A stretch of 64,000 nucleotides of DNA from Candidatus Collierbacteria bacterium RIFOXYD2_FULL_45_13 (GCA_001774685.1 MFAS01000001.1:287557-351556), one strand, 5' to 3'; positions 17,193 to 27,861 are shown, counted from the stretch's first letter. Notes: generated by a model from the sequence alone, not told the origin. Numbers and translations are program-made.

Positions 17193-18203
17193 ATGGAACA
17201 GTCATCAGCCGACACGGAACTTAAAAAAACGGACTCAAAAGCAGAAGATGTCATAGCCAAATCACATTTTGCTGGCAATTTTTCAGAGATTGGCGATTCT
17301 GTTGATCCAAACAAAGACTTATTCATGATCTCTCTCGATTCAATAGCCGATAAAATCAAATTTCTTCCAATACTGCCTAGAGGGTATGGAATCGCAGGTG
17401 GAACTGCAAGGAGCGCATTGTTGGAGCTACTTGGCGAGGATGCACCAAGGGCTATTGATCTCGACGTAGAGGCAATTGGGGAACTTATGCCAGATTTTTC
17501 AAAAAGAGAGGAATTGGCTAATATTTTTCAACAGAATGGTCGGGTTGAGCCGATTTCCGACCAAGGAAGCTTAATTAACTATTTTAGCTCCCGTGATTTC
17601 ACGATAAATGAGGTCTTCATTTATGGGAACAATCTCTACTTTTCCCGCCGAGCCATTCAAGATATGGAGAACAAGATCATTAGGCCTACCGAAAGTGAGA
17701 CTGGTTACGACAATTTCCCGCCCAGCGACGATGTTGTTGATTGGGGATCAGTAAAACCCAAGCTTCTAGTCAAGGCTCTTCTTCTTCAAATTGAATTCAT
17801 CAAACAATTTGGGGATGGGTCAATCCAAGATGCTGAGAGGTGGCGGTGGTCCTTTAACGACATCCCCGCTTTCAACATTGCTCTCGGCTTAGATAAGGCA
17901 ACGAAAAAGAAGGTTGGGTTGGAATTCATGAAGAGACTATTCGAGCTTGGTACTATTGATAAACGCGATATTCCAGAAGGTCTTACCCCTGAAGGGATCA
18001 GGAGATTGGCTGGTCTGACAAAACACTGGATGATACGTGACGGTGACGAGCGAGATTTCCAGTTTAGTGATGATTACTTCGACCAAGAGTACCCAGAAGG
18101 GTGGGAGTCAGCAGACGATAAGAAATTCGAAGAGATCTACACTCAGGCTGTCTCTCGGGCGGTTAAGATCAAGAATGTTGACCAAGAAGAACTACAATAT
18201 TAA
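17193..18203 (+). CDS. CCA-adding enzyme / poly(A) polymerase family nucleotidyltransferase-like protein (head domain, 336 aa)
   Basis: GIAGGTARSALLELLGEDAPRAIDLDVE matches the Pol-beta nucleotidyltransferase G[GS]..R..LL...DxD. RDFTINEVFI matches the conserved RRD(F/L)TINA motif of class II tRNA nucleotidyltransferases. Confidence 0.55.
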   Translation: MEQSSADTELKKTDSKAEDVIAKSHFAGNFSEIGDSVDPNKDLFMISLDSIADKIKFLPILPRGYGIAGGTARSALLELLGEDAPRAIDLDVEAIGELMPDFSKREELANIFQQNGRVEPISDQGSLINYFSSRDFTINEVFIYGNNLYFSRRAIQDMENKIIRPTESETGYDNFPPSDDVVDWGSVKPKLLVKALLLQIEFIKQFGDGSIQDAERWRWSFNDIPAFNIALGLDKATKKKVGLEFMKRLFELGTIDKRDIPEGLTPEGIRRLAGLTKHWMIRDGDERDFQFSDDYFDQEYPEGWESADDKKFEEIYTQAVSRAVKIKNVDQEELQY

Positions 18204-18256
18204 CAAGCCTCCTATTCTAAGGGACCTTCGAATCCTGGACATGACCGAGACGCTTG

Positions 18257-18265
18257 TGGTAAAAT
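18257..18265 (+). promoter_or_regulatory. candidate extended -10 TGGTAAAAT upstream of fusA
   Basis: TGnTAnAAT match about 75 nt upstream of the fusA ATG. Confidence 0.3.
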
Positions 18266-18278
18266 TAGCCTCGTCAAT

Positions 18279-18305
18279 ACCTCTCCTTTAGTGGGGAGGT
18301 TTAGT
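18279..18305 (+). terminator. weak hairpin (cctctcc/ggggagg with one GU pair) + TTT
   Basis: Could terminate the nucleotidyltransferase gene or form part of the fusA leader. Confidence 0.3.
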
Positions 18306-18340
18306 TCGTCAATAACAAATAACTACCAACTAACACTAAA

Positions 18341-20464
18341 ATGGCCGCTCCAACCGGAAAAAAAGTCCCTCTAGACCGTGTTCGAAACACGGGAATCATT
18401 GCCCACATCGATGCTGGCAAAACCACCACCACCGAACGTATTCTTTTTTATACCGGTAAGTCCTACAAAATAGGGGATATCGACGAGGGCAACACCCAGA
18501 TGGACTGGATGGAGCAGGAAAAAGAACGTGGTATCACCATCGTGTCCGCCGCGACGACCGCTTTCTGGACCCCTGTTTTACCCCATGCCCGTTTTAAAGA
18601 AGAACATCGCTTCAATATTATTGATACTCCGGGGCACGTCGACTTTACTGCCGAGGTAGAGCGTTCACTCCGCGTTCTTGATGGAGGGGTTATCGTTCTG
18701 GATGCCGGATCAGGTGTTCAATCTCAGACCGAAACCGTTTGGCGTCAAGCCGACAAGTATCACGTCCCCCGTATCGCATTTATAAACAAAATGGACGTTT
18801 TGGGTGCCGACTATATGGCCACCATTAAAGACGTTCATGAAAAATTAGGTGCCAAAACCGCCATTATGGCACTACCTTTAGGGGTCGAAAACACTTTTAG
18901 AGGTATTGTTATGCTTCTCGAGAGAGAAACCATCGTTTGGAAAGGGGATGAAACCGGGGCTTTATATGAAGTAACCGAAGGCTTTCCTGAAGAAATGAAG
19001 GACGAATGCGAGCTCGAACGCGCTAAACTAATCGAATCTATCGTTGAATTTGATGAAGTCCTCATGGGTGAATACTTGGATGGTAAAGAGCCCGGTATGG
19101 ATGCACTCAAAGCCGCTCTTCGCACTGCCACCTGCAAAAATCAGATTGTCCCCGTGTTCCCCGGCTCATCACTTCGTAATAAGGGTGTCCAGCCTCTTCT
19201 TGACGCTGTCGTCGACTTTCTTCCATCACCTCTAGACAAACCTCTTACGGCCGGGATCAACCCTGAGACCAACGAAGAAGAAATTCGCAAAGCCGATCCC
19301 GGTGAGCCATTTTCGGGGTTAGCCTTTAAGATTCAAGCCGACCCACACGTAGGTAAACTCACGTATGTCCGTGTTTATTCAGGCAAAATTACCTCCGGTA
19401 CCTTTGTTTATAACGCCAGCAAGCGCGAACGTGAACGTCTTGGTCGCTTAATGCTAATGCATGCCAACACCCGCGAAGAAGTCTCCGAAGCTGGTGCGGG
19501 AGAAATCGTTGGTGTTGTCGGTCTCAAAGCCACCAAGACAGGGGACACTCTGTGTGATGAAAACAAACCCCTAATTCTTGAGTCAATTAACTTTCCGGAT
19601 CCAGTCATATCTCTTGCAATTGAGCCAAAAACAAAAGCAGATCAGGAAAAACTCGACCTTGCTCTTGGTCGTCTTGCCGAAGAAGATCCCACCTTTAGAA
19701 TCAAAACCGATCATGAAACCGGCCAAACCGTTATCGCCGGCATGGGTGAGCTTCACCTTGAGATTTTAGTCGACCGTCTCCGTCGCGAATTCAAAGTTGA
19801 AGCCACTACAGGCGCCCCCCAAGTTGCTTACCGTGAAACCATTACCAAGTTCGCCAAAGGCGAAGGTAAATATATCCGTCAATCCGGGGGACGCGGTCAA
19901 TATGGTCACTGTATTCTGGAAGTTACCCCCAAACCTCGCGGCGAAGGTCTTACTTTCACCAACAAAATTGTGGGTGGTGCAATCCCCAAAGAATTCATTT
20001 CTCCCATCGAAAAAGGCGTCCGCGAAGCTCTGGATAATGGAGTTATTGCCGGTTTCCAGATGGTTGATCTTGATGTAGCTGTTGTCGATGGAAGTTTCCA
20101 CGAAGTTGACTCTTCCGAAATGTCCTTCAAAATTGCCGGCTCTATGGCAGTTCAGGACGCAGTCAAGAATGCGTCTCCGGTAATTCTCGAACCTATTATG
20201 AAGGTGGAAGTCACCACTCCCGAGGGTAATATGGGTGACATTATTGGTGATCTTTCTTCCCGCCGTGCCCAAATTGCCGGTACCGCCCAGCGTGGCAACG
20301 CCCGCGTTATTACGGCCACGGTCCCCTTATCCGAACTTTCCGCTTACGCTACCGCCATCCGTTCTCTAACCGCTGGACGTGCCTCGTATTACATGGAGCC
20401 CTCACATTATCAAGATCTTCCAAATAGTTTGGCCGCCAAACTCTTGAAATCCCCGACAAACTAG
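18341..20464 (+). CDS. fusA: elongation factor G
   Basis: [18 protein letters not shown]..., DTPGHVDF, full-length EF-G. Confidence 0.95.
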   Translation: MAAPTGKKVPLDRVRNTGIIAHIDAGKTTTTERILFYTGKSYKIGDIDEGNTQMDWMEQEKERGITIVSAATTAFWTPVLPHARFKEEHRFNIIDTPGHVDFTAEVERSLRVLDGGVIVLDAGSGVQSQTETVWRQADKYHVPRIAFINKMDVLGADYMATIKDVHEKLGAKTAIMALPLGVENTFRGIVMLLERETIVWKGDETGALYEVTEGFPEEMKDECELERAKLIESIVEFDEVLMGEYLDGKEPGMDALKAALRTATCKNQIVPVFPGSSLRNKGVQPLLDAVVDFLPSPLDKPLTAGINPETNEEEIRKADPGEPFSGLAFKIQADPHVGKLTYVRVYSGKITSGTFVYNASKRERERLGRLMLMHANTREEVSEAGAGEIVGVVGLKATKTGDTLCDENKPLILESINFPDPVISLAIEPKTKADQEKLDLALGRLAEEDPTFRIKTDHETGQTVIAGMGELHLEILVDRLRREFKVEATTGAPQVAYRETITKFAKGEGKYIRQSGGRGQYGHCILEVTPKPRGEGLTFTNKIVGGAIPKEFISPIEKGVREALDNGVIAGFQMVDLDVAVVDGSFHEVDSSEMSFKIAGSMAVQDAVKNASPVILEPIMKVEVTTPEGNMGDIIGDLSSRRAQIAGTAQRGNARVITATVPLSELSAYATAIRSLTAGRASYYMEPSHYQDLPNSLAAKLLKSPTN

Positions 20465-20534
20465 GATAAAATCTGCTAAAATAAATAGGCTCGAAAAACA
20501 GCAATTACCAAATATATAAAAATAATTAATAAAA

Positions 20535-21710
20535 ATGGCAACATTTCAAAGAACCAAACCCCACGTTAATATTGGCACCATTGGTCACGTCGACCACGGT
20601 AAGACCACTCTTACTGCCGCTATTACCACTACTTTAGCTGCTCAAGGTCTAGCAGAAGCCCTTCCTTTTGATCAGATTGATAAATCTCCGGAAGAAAGAG
20701 AGCGTGGAGTTACTATCCAAATTTCCCACGTCCCTTACGAAACCAAGAAACGTCACTACGCCCATATTGATTGCCCCGGCCACCGCGACTACATCAAGAA
20801 TATGATTACTGGTGCCGCTCAGATGGATGGTGCTATTTTAGTTGTCGCTGCCACCGACGGTCCTATGCCTCAAACCAATGAGCACTTGCTTCTTGCTCAT
20901 CAGGTGAACGTTCCTCGTTTGGTGGTTGCTCTTAACAAATGCGATGCAGTTTCTGATGAAGAACTCCTCGAGCTGGTTGAGATGGAAATCCGTGAAAAAC
21001 TAAAAAAATACGGTTTCGAAGAAGATACCCCAATTATTAGAGTCTCTGCTCTTAAGGCTCTCGAAGGCGACAAAGATGCCCAAGCCGGTATTATGAAGCT
21101 TATGGATACTGTCGACGAGTGGATTCCGGATCCGGTTCGTGAGCTCGACAAGCCTTTCTTGATGCCCGTTGAAGATGTCTTCTCCATCAAAGGCCGCGGT
21201 ACTGTCGTCACTGGCCGTATCGAAACCGGTGTTATCAAAGTTGGTGAAGAAATCGAAATTGTTGGTATCAAAGCCACCGCCAAGTCCGTCGTGACTGGAG
21301 TGGAAATGTTCCACCAACAGCTCGAGCAGGGTCAAGCAGGTGACAACGTAGGCCTTCTCCTTCGCGGTATTGAAAAAGATGATGTTCAGAGAGGTCAGGT
21401 TTTGGCCAAGACAGGTTCCATCAAGCCTCACACCAAGTTCGAAGCCGAAGCTTATATCTTAGGCAAGGACGAGGGTGGCCGCCACAGCCCCATGTTCTCT
21501 GGGTACAAGCCTCAATTCTTTATCCGTACTACAGATGTAACTGGTGAGGTCAAGCTCGCTGAAGGTGTTGAAATGATTATGCCTGGCGATAACGCCAAAA
21601 TGACTGTCGAACTCATTCAGCCCATTGCTATGACCGAAGGACAACGCTTCGCTATCCGCGAAGGAGGTTTGACGGTTGGCGCTGGAGCCATTACCAAAGT
21701 CATCGCCTAA
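20535..21710 (+). CDS. tuf: elongation factor Tu
   Basis: [22 protein letters not shown] motifs. 391 aa. Confidence 0.95.
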   Translation: MATFQRTKPHVNIGTIGHVDHGKTTLTAAITTTLAAQGLAEALPFDQIDKSPEERERGVTIQISHVPYETKKRHYAHIDCPGHRDYIKNMITGAAQMDGAILVVAATDGPMPQTNEHLLLAHQVNVPRLVVALNKCDAVSDEELLELVEMEIREKLKKYGFEEDTPIIRVSALKALEGDKDAQAGIMKLMDTVDEWIPDPVRELDKPFLMPVEDVFSIKGRGTVVTGRIETGVIKVGEEIEIVGIKATAKSVVTGVEMFHQQLEQGQAGDNVGLLLRGIEKDDVQRGQVLAKTGSIKPHTKFEAEAYILGKDEGGRHSPMFSGYKPQFFIRTTDVTGEVKLAEGVEMIMPGDNAKMTVELIQPIAMTEGQRFAIREGGLTVGAGAITKVIA

Positions 21711-21747
21711 AGCAAAGTTTTAATTAGCACCTTTATTCTTCTTTGTT

Positions 21748-22059
21748 ATGACAGACCAACCACGCATTCGCGTCAAACTCAAGTCATTTGACCACCGCGT
21801 CATTGACGAAGCCGCCAAGAAAATTATTCAAGCGGCACTAGTTTCTGGCGCCCAGGTGGTTGGACCTGTCCCCCTGCCTACCAAGAAGAAAGTTATCGTT
21901 GTTACCGCTTCTCCCCATACGGATAAAGACTCGCGCGAGCAGTTTGCCATCCTTACACATAAGAGGCTAATCGACATCGTCAGTCCTACTAATAAAACCA
22001 TTGACTCACTTCAACATCTGGATCTCCCTGCCGGTGTCGGCATAGAAATCAAGATGTAA
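21748..22059 (+). CDS. rpsJ: 30S ribosomal protein S10
   Basis: [17 protein letters not shown]..., typical S10. Confidence 0.93.
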   Translation: MTDQPRIRVKLKSFDHRVIDEAAKKIIQAALVSGAQVVGPVPLPTKKKVIVVTASPHTDKDSREQFAILTHKRLIDIVSPTNKTIDSLQHLDLPAGVGIEIKM

Positions 22060-22116
22060 TCTATGTCGAAAACTTTAAATTATTAAAAAACCTCCCGCCT
22101 GCCGTAGGTCGAAGAT

Positions 22117-22142
22117 GCCGCGTATGGCGCGGCCAGGTTTTT
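22117..22142 (+). terminator. GC hairpin (gccgcg/cgcggc) + cagg + TTTTT between rpsJ and rplC; candidate internal attenuator
   Basis: 6-bp GC stem, 5-nt loop, then a 5-T run 4 nt after the stem. Embedded in a larger imperfect palindrome from 22095. Confidence 0.45.
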
Positions 22143-22152
22143 CTTACAAAAC

Positions 22153-22716
22153 ATGTTAAATCAAGTATACGCAACCAAAAAGAGTATGACTCAGGCCTTC
22201 ATCGATGGGCAGCGCCTCCCCTTGACCGTCCTCACGGTAGATCCTCACGTGGTTATTAGAAACAAATCTATTGAGAAGGACGGTTACTCTTCAGTAGTTC
22301 TTTCCGTTGGTACAAAAAAAACCCACGAAGTTATCTCGGTTGAAACCCTGGAGGCCAAGTCAGAGATCAATCTTTCGGAAATCCTCGTTCCCGGTGCCAT
22401 TGTGGACGCTACAGCAACTTCCAAAGGCAAGGGTACCTCCGGTGTTATGAAACGCTGGAACTTTGCTGGAGGTCCTCGTACCCATGGTCAGTCGGATCGC
22501 GAACGTGCCCCCGGATCTATCGGAAGAGGCACCACTCCAGGTCGCGTTCTACCCGGAACTCACATGGCCGGACATATGGGCAACACCAGCACTCACATCA
22601 GAAATCTCAAGATTCATTCCTTTGATCCTTCCACTGGCACTCTTCAAATTACTGGATGTATCCCCGGCGGACGGGGGGCCACAACCCTGATTACTATCAG
22701 CAAGCTAAACAAATAA
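22153..22716 (+). CDS. rplC: 50S ribosomal protein L3
   Basis: GKGTSGVMKRWNFAGGPRTHGQS signature. Confidence 0.93.
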   Translation: MLNQVYATKKSMTQAFIDGQRLPLTVLTVDPHVVIRNKSIEKDGYSSVVLSVGTKKTHEVISVETLEAKSEINLSEILVPGAIVDATATSKGKGTSGVMKRWNFAGGPRTHGQSDRERAPGSIGRGTTPGRVLPGTHMAGHMGNTSTHIRNLKIHSFDPSTGTLQITGCIPGGRGATTLITISKLNK

Positions 22717-22717
22717 T

Positions 22718-23317
22718 ATGCCTACCAAAAAAGTAACCACTACCACTAGTCAGGATCTCTCCATCTTTTCCCTCGAGGTAAGCCCCTCCCTCTTGGCCCA
22801 GGCAATTCACGTCTATCAGGAAAATAGTCATCGTGGAGTTTCCAAAACCAAGACTCGCGGTGAAATCAACGCTACCAAGAAAAAGGTGTACAAGCAAAAA
22901 GGCACAGGCAATGCACGACACGGGGCCAAATCTGCTCCTCTTTATGTCGGTGGAGGTGTTCCTTTCGGACCCACCGGCCTCAAATCCGCCCCCATGTCCT
23001 TAAATCAAAAGATGAAGTCCAAAGCACTCATTGGTACCTTATCCCTTTATCAAAAAGAGAAGAGACTTTCTCTTATAGATTCTGCCGAAATCAAAGATAT
23101 GTCCACCAAGTCTGCTCTCAAGGTTTTGGGCAGAGATGAGGCCGCCTTTGTTTATTTCAACGAAAAGCCGGCGGTCCTAAAAGCCGTCAGCAATCTTGAG
23201 AACATCATCATGCTCTCGGCTAGACGCCTCAACGCCTTTACAGTAGCAAGTTCGCCAAAACTATATTTGACCTCCTCGGCATATGACCATTTAGTTAACC
23301 GTTTGAAACTTATTTAA
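22718..23317 (+). CDS. rplD: 50S ribosomal protein L4
   Basis: Position and sequence (KGTGNARHGAKSAP..). Confidence 0.9.
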   Translation: MPTKKVTTTTSQDLSIFSLEVSPSLLAQAIHVYQENSHRGVSKTKTRGEINATKKKVYKQKGTGNARHGAKSAPLYVGGGVPFGPTGLKSAPMSLNQKMKSKALIGTLSLYQKEKRLSLIDSAEIKDMSTKSALKVLGRDEAAFVYFNEKPAVLKAVSNLENIIMLSARRLNAFTVASSPKLYLTSSAYDHLVNRLKLI

Positions 23318-23318
23318 T

Positions 23319-23627
23319 ATGTCTACTCCACTAGTCCATCAGAATACCATCATCAAGCCTGTCGTTACCGAAAAGAGCTACTCGCTGGCTGCTTTAGACA
23401 AATACGTCTTCCAGGTTGATCCGGCGGCAAGCAAGTACCAGATAAAGAAGGCTGTCGAAGATCTTTTTAAGGTCAATGTCCTATCTATTAATACGATAAA
23501 ACACGCCGCCAGAACAGTTCGCTCCGCCAAAACCGGACGGCACATATCCCTCCCGGTTGATAAAAAGGCGGTTGTCCGCATCAAAAAAGGCCAAAAGATC
23601 GAAATTTTTAACGCCCTAAAGTCATAA
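23319..23627 (+). CDS. rplW: 50S ribosomal protein L23
   Basis: Position, size, KPVVTEKS.. motif. Confidence 0.9.
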   Translation: MSTPLVHQNTIIKPVVTEKSYSLAALDKYVFQVDPAASKYQIKKAVEDLFKVNVLSINTIKHAARTVRSAKTGRHISLPVDKKAVVRIKKGQKIEIFNALKS

Positions 23628-23632
23628 ATACT

Positions 23633-24388
23633 ATGAAAACTACACTTAAAAGACTAGTTTCGCTGAATCCCAAGTCCTCCGGGCGCAATTCTTCTGGTAA
23701 AATAACAGTTCGACATCAAGGTGGCCGCCAGAAACGTTTCCTTCGCCACATTGACTGGAAAAGATCTCTTACTCTACCTGCCCGGGTTGAAGCTATTCAG
23801 TACGATCCCAATCGTACTTCCGACATTGCCCTTTTAGTATATGGAAATGGGGTCAAGGACTACATCCTTGCTCCTCAAAACCTTAAAGTCGGTGACTCAG
23901 TCGTTTTTTCCGAAACGGCCGAAATTAAGGTTGGTAACTGTCTTCCTCTAAAAAACATCCCTATCGGTATTGAAATTCATAACCTGGAAATCACTCCCGG
24001 CAAAGGTGCCCAGATGGTTCGCAGTGCCGGCAACACCGCCGCCGTTCAAAGCAAAGAAGGTAACATTGTCGTGGTCAAGCTTCCCTCCGGCGAAATCCGT
24101 CAGTTTGATGGTAATTGTCGGGCTACTATCGGCAGTCTCAGTAATCCTCACCACAAAGAAGAGATTCTTGGTAAGGCCGGTCGTAAACGCCACATGGGAG
24201 TAAGACCTACCGTCAGAGGTGTGGCCCAGGATCCTCGCTCCCACCCACACGGTGGTGGAGAGGGCCGCAGTGGTATCGGTATGAAGTCGCCCAAATCTCC
24301 TTGGGGCAAGAGGACTCTCGGTAAACGTACCCGAGATCGCAAAAAATACAGTAATAAACATATTATCAAACATCGTTACGCTAAATAA
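23633..24388 (+). CDS. rplB: 50S ribosomal protein L2
   Basis: GRNSSGKITVRHQGG..., HPHGGGEGR motif. Confidence 0.93.
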   Translation: MKTTLKRLVSLNPKSSGRNSSGKITVRHQGGRQKRFLRHIDWKRSLTLPARVEAIQYDPNRTSDIALLVYGNGVKDYILAPQNLKVGDSVVFSETAEIKVGNCLPLKNIPIGIEIHNLEITPGKGAQMVRSAGNTAAVQSKEGNIVVVKLPSGEIRQFDGNCRATIGSLSNPHHKEEILGKAGRKRHMGVRPTVRGVAQDPRSHPHGGGEGRSGIGMKSPKSPWGKRTLGKRTRDRKKYSNKHIIKHRYAK

Positions 24389-24400
24389 ATTAAAAACATC

Positions 24401-24685
24401 ATGTCCAGAAGTTCAATCAAAGGACCATTCGTCGACGAAAAACTCATTGCCAAAATTGAGCGTCTTAAGGTGGCCGGAAAAAAAGAACCCATCAAAACCT
24501 GGTCCCGTGGTAGCCAAATCCCGCCTGAATTCGTTGGTTTCACCTTCGCGGTCCACAACGGCAAGATCTTCAAAGAAGTTTTCATTACCGAAGACATGGT
24601 GGGTCACCGTCTTGGCGAATTCTCTTTAACCAGAAATTTCCGAGGACATGGCCGTATTGTTAAGAGAGTCTTATCTAAAACTTAA
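24401..24685 (+). CDS. rpsS: 30S ribosomal protein S19
   Basis: [14 protein letters not shown]..., FAVHNGK. Confidence 0.93.
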   Translation: MSRSSIKGPFVDEKLIAKIERLKVAGKKEPIKTWSRGSQIPPEFVGFTFAVHNGKIFKEVFITEDMVGHRLGEFSLTRNFRGHGRIVKRVLSKT

Positions 24686-24691
24686 AGCTCT

Positions 24692-25138
24692 ATGGCTAAC
24701 AAAGTATCCAAACAACTCGTCATCGCCAAAGCCAGTCACGTCCTCTCTTCACCGAGAAAGACCAATCTTGTTCTCAAGGCCATTGTGGGCCGCCCTGCTT
24801 TATTGGCCATCAAACAGCTTACTGTCAATACCAAGAGAGCCGGAAAGCCAATCATTCAGCTGATTCAGCAAGCTGTCGGTAATGCCGTTTCTCAATTCCA
24901 GGCGTCTCCGGATGTTTTAATTATCGATTCGGCTTTCGCCACCAAAGGCCGCACTCTTAAGCGTGCTCACATCGGCGGCCGTGGTCGTACCAAGCCCTAC
25001 GAAAGAATCACTTCTCATTTGACCCTATCTGTTAGAATTCCTTCCGCCAAGGCACCCGTCCCTAAACTGGAAGCCAAAAAGGTAGAACCCAAAGAGGCTG
25101 CTAAAGAAGTTGTCAAAACTAGTAAAAAATCTAAATAA
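24692..25138 (+). CDS. rplV: 50S ribosomal protein L22 (with Lys/Ala-rich C-terminal extension)
   Basis: Position plus L22-like core. C-terminal extension rich in K/E/A. Confidence 0.88.
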   Translation: MANKVSKQLVIAKASHVLSSPRKTNLVLKAIVGRPALLAIKQLTVNTKRAGKPIIQLIQQAVGNAVSQFQASPDVLIIDSAFATKGRTLKRAHIGGRGRTKPYERITSHLTLSVRIPSAKAPVPKLEAKKVEPKEAAKEVVKTSKKSK

Positions 25139-25140
25139 CC

Positions 25141-25794
25141 ATGGGAAAAAAAGTTAATCCAATTGCCTTCAGAACCGGTTACATCTTCCCAACCAAATCA
25201 GTTTGGTTCGCCAACTTCCGTAGCTACGCCAAGTTCGTCCTCGAAGACAACAAAATCAGACGCTTCTTGGAAGAGAAGCTCAAGCTTGCCGGTATCACCA
25301 GTATCGAAATTAAACGTTCGATCAACTCCGTTGATATTTTTATGAACGTTTCCCGCCCAGGTGTGGTAATCGGCCGCGGTGGTTCTTCACTTGAAGTTCT
25401 CAAAAAAGATCTTGAAAAACTTCTAAGTATCAATCCCAAAGCCAAGAATGCCGTCAAGATCAACCTTCATCCTCTGGAGATCAAGAACCCCGATATGAAC
25501 GCCTCGATCATTGCCGATCGCCTTATTGGACAGCTCGAGCACCGTTATCCTTTCCGTCGTGCCGCCAATCAGGCCATTGAAAAGGTAATGGCTGCCGGAG
25601 CAAAAGGTGTCAAACTGGTCTTTGCCGGTCGTATCGATGGTGCCGAAATTGCCAGAACCGAAAAATTCAAACAAGGAAGAATTCCATCCCAAACCTTGCG
25701 TGCCAATATTGACTACATCGAGAAAAAGGCTCTCACCCGTTCCGGTTACGTCGGCATTAAGGTCTGGATTTACTCAGGCGATATCATCAGTTAA
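25141..25794 (+). CDS. rpsC: 30S ribosomal protein S3
   Basis: GKKVNPIAFR.., KH domain. 217 aa. Confidence 0.93.
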   Translation: MGKKVNPIAFRTGYIFPTKSVWFANFRSYAKFVLEDNKIRRFLEEKLKLAGITSIEIKRSINSVDIFMNVSRPGVVIGRGGSSLEVLKKDLEKLLSINPKAKNAVKINLHPLEIKNPDMNASIIADRLIGQLEHRYPFRRAANQAIEKVMAAGAKGVKLVFAGRIDGAEIARTEKFKQGRIPSQTLRANIDYIEKKALTRSGYVGIKVWIYSGDIIS

Positions 25795-25811
25795 AAGACT
25801 TACCAAAGAAT

Positions 25812-26225
25812 ATGTTACAACCAGCCAGACGCAAATACAGAAAAGAGTTTAGAGGTAGTATGGGTGGCGTTGCTACTCGCACCAACGAGCTTTCTTATGG
25901 TGACTTTGGTATCAAAACTCTTGAAAGTGGTTGGCTTTCCGCCAACGAGATTGAATCCGCTCGCCGTACTATTACTCATCACACCAAACGTGTCGGTAAA
26001 TTCTTCCTTAGAGTTTTTCCTCATAAACCCATCGGCCACAAAACTCCTGGTGCACGTATGGGTTCGGGAAAGTCCGACGTCAGCGGATATGTGGCGGTTG
26101 CCAAGCCTGGTCAAATTCTTATGGAGCTTTCCGGAGTAACGAGGGAAGTGGCCATGGAGGCTATCCGTCTTGCCGGACACAAACTCTCCGTTAAAACTAA
26201 ATTTGTCGAAAAAGAAAATGCCTAA
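25812..26225 (+). CDS. rplP: 50S ribosomal protein L16
   Basis: MLQPARRKYRKEFRG.. typical L16. Confidence 0.93.
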   Translation: MLQPARRKYRKEFRGSMGGVATRTNELSYGDFGIKTLESGWLSANEIESARRTITHHTKRVGKFFLRVFPHKPIGHKTPGARMGSGKSDVSGYVAVAKPGQILMELSGVTREVAMEAIRLAGHKLSVKTKFVEKENA

Positions 26226-26376
26226 AACAAAATCCGAAAACACCATGTCTCTCGAAGAGTTAAAGCTTAAATTGTCCAATATTAAGCTAAACATCCGTTC
26301 TGGCCAGGAAAAGAATACCAACGCCCACAAGAAGACCAAGGTTCAAATTGCTCAATTGCTAACAAAAACTAAATAA
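26218..26376 (+). CDS. rpmC: 50S ribosomal protein L29
   Basis: Start taken at the ATG overlapping the L16 stop (ATGCCTAA). EELKLKLSNIKLNIRSGQ typical L29. The ORF-track start at 26170 is an upstream in-frame extension. Confidence 0.85.
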   Translation: MPKTKSENTMSLEELKLKLSNIKLNIRSGQEKNTNAHKKTKVQIAQLLTKTK

Positions 26377-26378
26377 AC

Positions 26379-26603
26379 ATGAAACACCTACTAGGCACTG
26401 TTAAAAGCGACAAGAACCCAAAAACAGCTATTGTCGACGTTACCAGTTTTAAGGTTCACCCCAAGTACCTCAAACGTATCAAGGTAAACAAGTCTTTCGC
26501 CGCTCAAAACGATTTGAATGCCAAAGTCGGAAATCGTGTACGCATAGAAGAAACCCGACCAATTAGCAAAACCAAGCACTGGAAAATCACTAAAATTATA
26601 TGA
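26379..26603 (+). CDS. rpsQ: 30S ribosomal protein S17
   Basis: Position and size. [14 protein letters not shown]. Confidence 0.9.
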   Translation: MKHLLGTVKSDKNPKTAIVDVTSFKVHPKYLKRIKVNKSFAAQNDLNAKVGNRVRIEETRPISKTKHWKITKII

Positions 26604-26974
26604 TTCAACTTAGATCAGTTCTCAAAGTAGCCGACAACTCCGGGGCCAAACAGGTCAAGGTGATTCTCGTTCATGGCGGTTCACACCGTCGCTTCGGATA
26701 CATCGGTGATATTGTCACCGCCGCGGTCGAAGGTGCCGATACCAATGGTACCGTTAAAGACAAACAAGTTGTCAAAGCCGTTGTTGTCCGTACTCGCAAG
26801 GAAACACGCCGTCCGGATGGCACCTATGTCCGCTTTGATGACAATGCTGTTGTTATTATTGATTCCATCGCCAGCAAGCTTCCGCTAGGTACCCGTATTT
26901 TTGGCCCCATAGCTCGTGAGGTTAAAGATGCCGGTTTCGCCAAGATCGCTTCGTTGGCACCAGAAGTAGTATAA
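26600..26974 (+). CDS. rplN: 50S ribosomal protein L14
   Basis: [17 protein letters not shown].. Overlapping ATGA junction with rpsQ. Confidence 0.93.
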   Translation: MIQLRSVLKVADNSGAKQVKVILVHGGSHRRFGYIGDIVTAAVEGADTNGTVKDKQVVKAVVVRTRKETRRPDGTYVRFDDNAVVIIDSIASKLPLGTRIFGPIAREVKDAGFAKIASLAPEVV

Positions 26975-26979
26975 AACAT

Positions 26980-27303
26980 ATGTTCAAATTCAAAATCAAC
27001 GACAACGTTCAAATTACCGCCGGCAAGGATAAGGGTCGTTCCGGTAAAATCATCAAGGTTTTGCCTGTGGATCAAAAGGTTTTGGTCGAGGGTATCAACC
27101 TCTACAAGAAGCACATCAAACCCAAGGGCAATGAAGCTGGTACTATTCTTTCGCTACCCCGAGCTCTTTCGGTGGCTTCTGTCGCCTTAATCTGTCCCAG
27201 TTGTGGCAAACCCACACGTGTCGGTTTCGACGCTTCACAAACCCCCAAGGTCAGGGTTTGTCACAAATGCCGCCAGATTATCAGTTCTGTAACTAAAAAA
27301 TGA
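26980..27303 (+). CDS. rplX: 50S ribosomal protein L24 with C-terminal zinc ribbon (CPSCGKP...CHKC)
   Basis: KOW-like N-terminus (VQITAGKDKGRSGKI) plus a C-terminal 4-Cys ribbon. Confidence 0.88.
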   Translation: MFKFKINDNVQITAGKDKGRSGKIIKVLPVDQKVLVEGINLYKKHIKPKGNEAGTILSLPRALSVASVALICPSCGKPTRVGFDASQTPKVRVCHKCRQIISSVTKK

Positions 27304-27848
27304 CACAAACTCTAAAGGAAACTTATCTCAAGCAAATTCGCCCCAACCTTCAAAAGGAGCTGGGCATTACTTCTACGGAAGCTGTTCCGAAGATTGTCAA
27401 AATCACCGTGAACACCGGCTCAAAAGACTTCAAAACAGATAAAGAACTTTTGCTGAAAACCAAAGATTGGATGGGTAAAATCACGGGGCAAGCTCCTCTG
27501 GAGACCAAGTCCCGTTCCAGCATTGCCGCCTTTAATCTCCGAGAGGGAGAAGTTGTCGGTCTCAAAGTCACCCTCAGAGGCAATCGGATGTACGACTTCC
27601 TTCAAAAACTGATTTCCATCGTTCTGCCCCGTCTCAAAGATTTTCAGGGAATTTCCCGGGCAACCTTTGACAAGAATGGCAATTACACCATCGGTTTTCC
27701 CGAACAGATAGTGTTTCCTGAAGTGGAATATGATAAAATCGGGAGGATTCAAGGGCTGGAAATAACCATTTCGACAAGCGCGAAGGATCCCAAAACATCT
27801 TTAATGCTCCTCCAGGCTTTAGGCATGCCTTTTACCAAAGACGCCTAA
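27300..27848 (+). CDS. rplE: 50S ribosomal protein L5
   Basis: Position and sequence. ATGA overlap with rplX. Confidence 0.92.
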   Translation: MTQTLKETYLKQIRPNLQKELGITSTEAVPKIVKITVNTGSKDFKTDKELLLKTKDWMGKITGQAPLETKSRSSIAAFNLREGEVVGLKVTLRGNRMYDFLQKLISIVLPRLKDFQGISRATFDKNGNYTIGFPEQIVFPEVEYDKIGRIQGLEITISTSAKDPKTSLMLLQALGMPFTKDA

Positions 27849-27861
27849 TCGTATAAAAACA

